DNA of 64,000 nucleotides from an uncultured Candidatus Sumerlaeota bacterium (GTDB lineage Bacteria; CAYMEV01): NCBI GenBank assembly GCA_964389675.1, contig CAYMEV010000012.1, positions 39,329 to 103,328 of the forward strand, read 5' to 3'. Shown piece by piece: positions 59,199 to 64,000 of this stretch (position 1 is its first letter; each line of letters starts with the position of its first letter). The notes under the pieces were generated by a model. It saw only the letters and a program-made list of their open reading frames with translations, ran no database searches and was not told where the DNA came from. The position numbers and the translations under genes were made by a program.

Positions 59199-61424
59199 TT
59201 GTCTAAACACAGCAGACCTTTCTTTGTGAAGTCATTATCCTCAAAGATTGCTCTTGTTATTTCAATTACCCTGGTATTGATGCTTATCATTATTAATTTT
59301 TTCTTTATGAGGCTTTTCAGCAGATTATTGATGGATTCACAGGAATCAAAAGCACGCGAGATTACCAGGATGTTTTCAAAGATAAATACCCCCCCATTGA
59401 TCAGAAACGATTATTACACTCTGGAGCAGAATGTGATCGAACTCCAGAAGAACAGGGATATTGTATCTGCCCAGGTATATGACAGCGATTTGTTTCTGCT
59501 TACTCTGTCCAGCAATGTAATTAAGGGTGAAAATAACGTGATGTTGAGGATATATGAAGAGGATATAAAGAATTATGAGGGAGGTATTATCGGGCATGTA
59601 ACAGTGGGTTTTGATATAAGCGATATGGTCCTTTTTATAAAACGATACCGGCTGGCGCTGTACATAGCAAGCTTTATTGCTGTATCCATTACCTTCATGA
59701 TACTGCTGTTCCTTATTAATATCATTGTCAGCAGGCCATTAAAGCTCCTTCTTGATTCTGTAAACCGAATATCCTACGGCGATCTGGACCATGAGGTGCC
59801 TGTTGAAAGAGCTGATGAGATCGGGGTTCTTGCTAAGGATTTTAATCTTATGACAAAGCGCCTGAAAAGCTCTGCAAGCAATCTTGCGTGTATTGTCGAT
59901 TGCATGCCCTCGGCAATAATTACAGTTGACAGGGATAAAAACATCCTTGAATGGAACAAATCTGCTTCCAGCCTTATTGGTAAAGGCAAGGAAGATGCCG
60001 TATCCAGGAATCTTTTTGATGTCTTTCCCCAAACAGAAAATTACAGGCATATAATTGAGCAGGTGATGGCAGAAAAGAAACCTTACAGGATTGCAAGGGA
60101 AAAGCTCTTTACTGAAAGCAGGTCAATTTATGAACTATTCTTTTTCCCTCTGAGAAATGAGCAGGCGGAAGGGGTTGTTATAAGGATTGATGACATTACG
60201 GAGAGAGAAAAAAGGAAGCTTGAGCTCATTCAGGCACAGAAGATGGAATCTATTGGAAACCTTGCAGGAGGGCTCGCTCATAACCTTAATAATATACTTG
60301 CTGGAATAGTCGGGACTACAACATTTCTGGAATATAAGCTTGAAAATGGCCAGCCTGTAAGCAGTGATGTCCTGAAAAACAAACTGAAGATCATAGATGA
60401 TTCAGGTCAGAGAGCTACTGAGCTGATCAAAGAGCTTATGGCAATATCAGGGAAAGATAAGAATATAGATTATCAGGTCCATGATCTGAATCTTCTGGCA
60501 GCCAATGTAATTAAGATGTGTCAAAACACCTTTGATAAGGCTGTTGAAATAATACCCCGCTATAATGAAGAAAAAGCCCTCTTTCTTGGAAACAGCAACC
60601 AGATAGAACAGGTCATCCTTAATATCTGCATTAATGCATATCATTCTATGACTGTGATGCGAAAACAGGGAGAGAATAAGGGAGGCAGGCTTACAGTATC
60701 TATATCAAGGTTCAGGGCTGATGACCATTTTGTTGCCGTCCACGAGAACGCATCAAAGAGAAACTACTGGATGACAAGCATCTCTGATACTGGGGTCGGA
60801 ATGAACAGGGACACCATATCCAGGATCTTTGACCCCTTTTTTACCACAAAGAAGGAATCCGGGGGGTCAGGGCTGGGCCTTTCGACAGTCTTCACTACAG
60901 TCAAACAGCACGGAGGGATTATTGATGTATATTCTGAGGTTGGCAGGGGCACTACATTCAGGATCTATATTCCTGTCAAGGAAGAAGAGGATGAAAAAAT
61001 ATGCAGGGAAAGCCAGGAGGATGATTTATCTTTGCAGAAGGGAAAAGGCTCTATCCTCATAATAGATGATGAGGATAGCATAAGGAATATTAGCAGGGAA
61101 ATGCTGAAGGAATGCGGGTATGATGTATACACTGCAGAGGATGGCATCAGCGGCCTTGATCTGTTCAGAGAAAAAAGCGGAGAAATAATCCTGGTGATAA
61201 TCGACATGATCATGCCGAAGAGATCCGGCCTGGAAGTCCTGAAGGATATTAAGGGGATAAACAGCTGTGTAAAGGTCATTATGTCATCAGGGTTCATGGG
61301 TGAAAATGACAGTGACCTGTCTTTGTATGGCCAGGCAGATGGTTTTTTGTCAAAGCCCTTTACTATTAAAGCCCTTTGTGAAGCAGTGCACAAAGTTATC
61401 AATAGATCTGATCAGGAGGTATAA
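59199..61424 (+). CDS. Hybrid sensor histidine kinase/response regulator (TM sensor - HAMP - PAS - HisKA - HATPase - REC)
   Basis: 741 aa; two TM helices flanking a periplasmic domain, H-box GGLAHNLNN, G-boxes DTGVGM and GSGLGLS, C-terminal REC (ILIIDDEDS ... DMIMPKRSG). Confidence 0.85.
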   Translation: MSKHSRPFFVKSLSSKIALVISITLVLMLIIINFFFMRLFSRLLMDSQESKAREITRMFSKINTPPLIRNDYYTLEQNVIELQKNRDIVSAQVYDSDLFLLTLSSNVIKGENNVMLRIYEEDIKNYEGGIIGHVTVGFDISDMVLFIKRYRLALYIASFIAVSITFMILLFLINIIVSRPLKLLLDSVNRISYGDLDHEVPVERADEIGVLAKDFNLMTKRLKSSASNLACIVDCMPSAIITVDRDKNILEWNKSASSLIGKGKEDAVSRNLFDVFPQTENYRHIIEQVMAEKKPYRIAREKLFTESRSIYELFFFPLRNEQAEGVVIRIDDITEREKRKLELIQAQKMESIGNLAGGLAHNLNNILAGIVGTTTFLEYKLENGQPVSSDVLKNKLKIIDDSGQRATELIKELMAISGKDKNIDYQVHDLNLLAANVIKMCQNTFDKAVEIIPRYNEEKALFLGNSNQIEQVILNICINAYHSMTVMRKQGENKGGRLTVSISRFRADDHFVAVHENASKRNYWMTSISDTGVGMNRDTISRIFDPFFTTKKESGGSGLGLSTVFTTVKQHGGIIDVYSEVGRGTTFRIYIPVKEEEDEKICRESQEDDLSLQKGKGSILIIDDEDSIRNISREMLKECGYDVYTAEDGISGLDLFREKSGEIILVIIDMIMPKRSGLEVLKDIKGINSCVKVIMSSGFMGENDSDLSLYGQADGFLSKPFTIKALCEAVHKVINRSDQEV

Positions 61425-62474
61425 ATGAGAAAGCTGATTCTATCAATTATGATTATAATAATATTTTCTGGGATAAGCTGCAAAAAGGAAATACAGGAGA
61501 CATCAGGCCGGCAGGAAGATCTTCCTGTCAAGGAAAAGCCCCGGTATAAATTCGGCTTTATTGCAGGAATGGGGGGTATGGGGGATAAATCATACAATGA
61601 TATCATTTACAGGGGATTAATAGTATCAAAAAAGAGATTTAACATAGATATCAGCTATAAGGCACCTGATAAACCGGAAGAATATGCCATACTGATGAAT
61701 GAACTGATTGATGACGGCTGTAATGTTATTATAGCCGGCGGAGGTTGGTATTCCATAGAGCCTGTTGATATTCTATCACAAAAGTACCCTGATGCCCTGT
61801 TCGTGCTTATAGATGATTATGCTCAAAAATACCGGGAAAATGTATGTTCGCTGACCTTCAGGCAGAATGAGGGCTCATTCCTGGCAGGAATGCTGGCATC
61901 GCATATGAGCAGGACAAAAAAGATTGCCCTCATCGCAGCTACCGATGCTGATGTGATCAATGATTTCATCCTGGGTTATAAGGCCGGGGCAGAATATGCC
62001 GATCAGAAGACTGAGGTTATTGTCCGTTATATCGATGCTCTTACAGATGTCCCGGACCCTTTTCAGCATCCGGAAGCAGCCTTCAGCATCTCCGAAAAGC
62101 TTATACTGGATAATAATGCGGATGTTCTTTTTCAGGTAGCCGGCGGTTCAGGCATAGGCGTGTTTAATGCTGCAAAACAGCACGGTAAATATGCTATTGG
62201 TGTAGACCTTGACCAGGATTATCTAGCCCAGGGGGTAATCCTTGCAAGTATGATGAAGAATATTGATATAGCAGTAGAGATGATTATAGAGAAGATACTG
62301 AAGGGAGAATTTAAGAACAGGCCATATATCATGGGCCTGAAGGAAAATGGCGTATCATTGTCTCCAATGACCTATACCAGGGATATTATTCCGGAAAATG
62401 TACTGGAATCGATAAGGACAGCGCGGGAGAAGATTGTAAGCGGAGAGCTGGAGATCCCATCCGCATTTAATTAA
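61425..62474 (+). CDS. BMP-family (Med/PnrA-like) substrate-binding lipoprotein
   Basis: 349 aa; lipoprotein-type signal with Cys (IFSGISCKK); periplasmic-binding-protein fold; start abuts the hybrid-kinase stop. Confidence 0.75.
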   Translation: MRKLILSIMIIIIFSGISCKKEIQETSGRQEDLPVKEKPRYKFGFIAGMGGMGDKSYNDIIYRGLIVSKKRFNIDISYKAPDKPEEYAILMNELIDDGCNVIIAGGGWYSIEPVDILSQKYPDALFVLIDDYAQKYRENVCSLTFRQNEGSFLAGMLASHMSRTKKIALIAATDADVINDFILGYKAGAEYADQKTEVIVRYIDALTDVPDPFQHPEAAFSISEKLILDNNADVLFQVAGGSGIGVFNAAKQHGKYAIGVDLDQDYLAQGVILASMMKNIDIAVEMIIEKILKGEFKNRPYIMGLKENGVSLSPMTYTRDIIPENVLESIRTAREKIVSGELEIPSAFN

Positions 62475-62535
62475 TTCTCTTAGAAACAGTGTTTTATTCA
62501 TATATTGACTAATCCTGAAAAGAGGTATTATAATT

Positions 62536-63561
62536 ATGAGCATGATCAAAAGCCTGCAGGGAATCCTGAAAAGAATAAAAGCTAAAATCTTTTTCGTTAT
62601 TTTATCGGCAATGCTTTTTTGCATCCTCTTATCATGCGGCAGGCCCAGGGAAACTGAGGAGATTAAGAAGGACCATGTTGTCTTAAGGCTTCAATGGAAG
62701 ATACAGTGCCAGTTTGCAGGTTATTATACAGCTCTGGAAAAGGGTTTTTACAATGAATCAGGCCTTGATGTAATCATCGAAGAGGGCGGATATGGACAGA
62801 ATAATATTTCATCGATCAGGAACGGACTGGAGCAGTTCGGGACAAAATGGATGGCCGACCTTATTGCCGAAGGAGGGGAATTCATTTCTCTGGCGAATAT
62901 CATGAAATCAAACGGAATTACGCTTGTCAGCAAGAAAGATAAAGGGATCAATGAAGTCAGGGACTTCGCCGGCAAAAAGCTGTCAACGTGGTTTATCGGG
63001 AGTGAATATCAGCTTTATGCCCTTCTCAGGGCTCATGGCCTGTCTGAAAATGATGCGGCAATACTTAACCAGAAATGGGATATATCCCAGTTTTTCGAGG
63101 ATGAAGTGGATGTTATAACTGCAATGGTATATAATGAATTGCTTCAGATCTACAGGAAGGGGTATGGGCCTGATGATATAAATATATTCAGATATGCTGA
63201 TTATGGGCTGGATTTTCCTGGCCATTGCCTGTTTACAAGCAAAGACTATTACACCAGCAACAGGGATATATGCAAAAGGTTCATCCAGGCCTCAATAAAG
63301 GGCTGGGAATATGCCATCAGCCACCCCGAGGAAGCAGTCAGCATAATACTTAAATATGACAAAAAAAATGAGCTTGATTATGATATGCAGCTAGAGCAGA
63401 TGAAGATAATCTCTGACCTGGCTGCAATTGACAAGTATCCGTTAGGTTTGCATATAAAAGATGATCTTATAAAGATATCAGATATCTACTATGAATATGA
63501 TGTTATTAAAGATTATCCGGATATAGACAATCTTTTTACAAATGAATTTATAAAGCAATAA
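62536..63561 (+). CDS. NMT1/SsuA-like periplasmic substrate-binding protein
   Basis: 341 aa; signal peptide with Cys; NMT1/THI5-type fold. Confidence 0.65.
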   Translation: MSMIKSLQGILKRIKAKIFFVILSAMLFCILLSCGRPRETEEIKKDHVVLRLQWKIQCQFAGYYTALEKGFYNESGLDVIIEEGGYGQNNISSIRNGLEQFGTKWMADLIAEGGEFISLANIMKSNGITLVSKKDKGINEVRDFAGKKLSTWFIGSEYQLYALLRAHGLSENDAAILNQKWDISQFFEDEVDVITAMVYNELLQIYRKGYGPDDINIFRYADYGLDFPGHCLFTSKDYYTSNRDICKRFIQASIKGWEYAISHPEEAVSIILKYDKKNELDYDMQLEQMKIISDLAAIDKYPLGLHIKDDLIKISDIYYEYDVIKDYPDIDNLFTNEFIKQ

Positions 63562-63574
63562 AGGATGCCTTAAC

Positions 63575-64000
63575 ATGTTCAAAAAGCATTTTGCCCGCTA
63601 CAGGCTTAAGGATATTTTCCTTGCCATAAGCACTCTAATTATCTGCGTGATGATAGCATATTTCTTTCTAAGCGTGTTTATCAGCCACAGGATGAGCAGT
63701 ATGCTTGAGAAAAACATTACCCTGTCTGAAATGATAAAGAAATTCAGCAGATTCCACATACAGTTCAGCAATATTGAATTAAGCACATACAGCTTCTTGC
63801 ACAGGCATACAATATCCGACCTGGGCCAGTTGAAGAGGGATCTTTCTGTGCTTAATGAAGAATTTGACGGGTTTGTCATGGAGATCAAGACCCATAAGAT
63901 GCCTTTTGATCCCGATTCAATGGAGGTAATAAAAAGACAGCTGAAGAGCATCAACAGCATCATAGGCAGGATTGAAGGCTACCCTGTTTCATCCAGCGAC
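63575..64000 (+). CDS. Membrane sensor protein, 3' partial (N-terminal 142 codons; output domain outside window)
   Basis: ATG 63575 with AAGGA RBS; hand-translated open frame to the window edge; one N-terminal TM helix then a coiled, helix-rich extracytoplasmic region. The listed minus ORF 63598..63963 is antisense to it. Confidence 0.4.
   Translation, partial: MFKKHFARYRLKDIFLAISTLIICVMIAYFFLSVFISHRMSSMLEKNITLSEMIKKFSRFHIQFSNIELSTYSFLHRHTISDLGQLKRDLSVLNEEFDGFVMEIKTHKMPFDPDSMEVIKRQLKSINSIIGRIEGYPVSSSD

Noticed and set aside
63598-63963. 121-aa minus-strand ORF near the right edge
   Set aside because: Antisense to the plus-strand partial sensor gene (ATG 63575 with RBS, directly downstream of the binding-protein genes); hydrophobic low-complexity translation.

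Overview
AT-rich (~38% GC) bacterial chromosomal window, densely coding, most consistent with an anaerobic, probably uncultivated lineage (rubredoxin, four-subunit 2-oxoacid:ferredoxin oxidoreductase, long-form phosphofructokinase, archaeal-type ProRS, Cmk-S1 fusion); the taxon is an inference. All calls rest on reading the supplied translations and DNA by eye against remembered family motifs; no searches were run. Content in order: the 5' end of the window is the N-terminal 768 codons of a very large secreted protein with a PilX-like N-terminus (minus strand, running off the window); proS, NUDIX, ACT protein, two tandem Hsp20 genes, a small outer-membrane barrel, murA (Asp at the catalytic Cys position), rubredoxin, ftsH, pfk, DHH phosphoesterase, gdhA. 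A long unbroken minus-strand block then runs from 38217 down to 17861: HEAT-repeat/PilT fusion ATPase, pilT, TauE, uvrD-like helicase, split transketolase, FecR-like membrane protein, GAF-GGDEF cyclase, MCP-cheW-cheY-cheA-cheC-cheD, a GAF histidine kinase, a sigma-54-dependent response regulator, and finally a small tandem-duplicated Cys-rich protein sitting behind a textbook sigma-54 promoter. The plus-strand half carries a TMEM43/LUMA homolog, formylglycine-generating-enzyme homolog, tRNA-Leu(CAG), a degenerate sugar phosphotransferase, a secreted alkaline-phosphatase-superfamily enzyme, a GlnE-like double nucleotidyltransferase beside a PtsN-like EIIA, a korDABC/oorDABC-type operon, ClC/TauE/MntP transporters, and a hybrid kinase with two binding-protein genes and a second sensor running off the 3' end. 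No CRISPR array, rRNA, transposase or integrase was seen. The best candidates for an undescribed system are (1) the kinase / sigma-54 regulator / sigma-54 promoter / Cys-rich protein module at 17861-21487 and (2) the HEAT-PilT fusion with the chemosensory and c-di-GMP genes in the same strand block.
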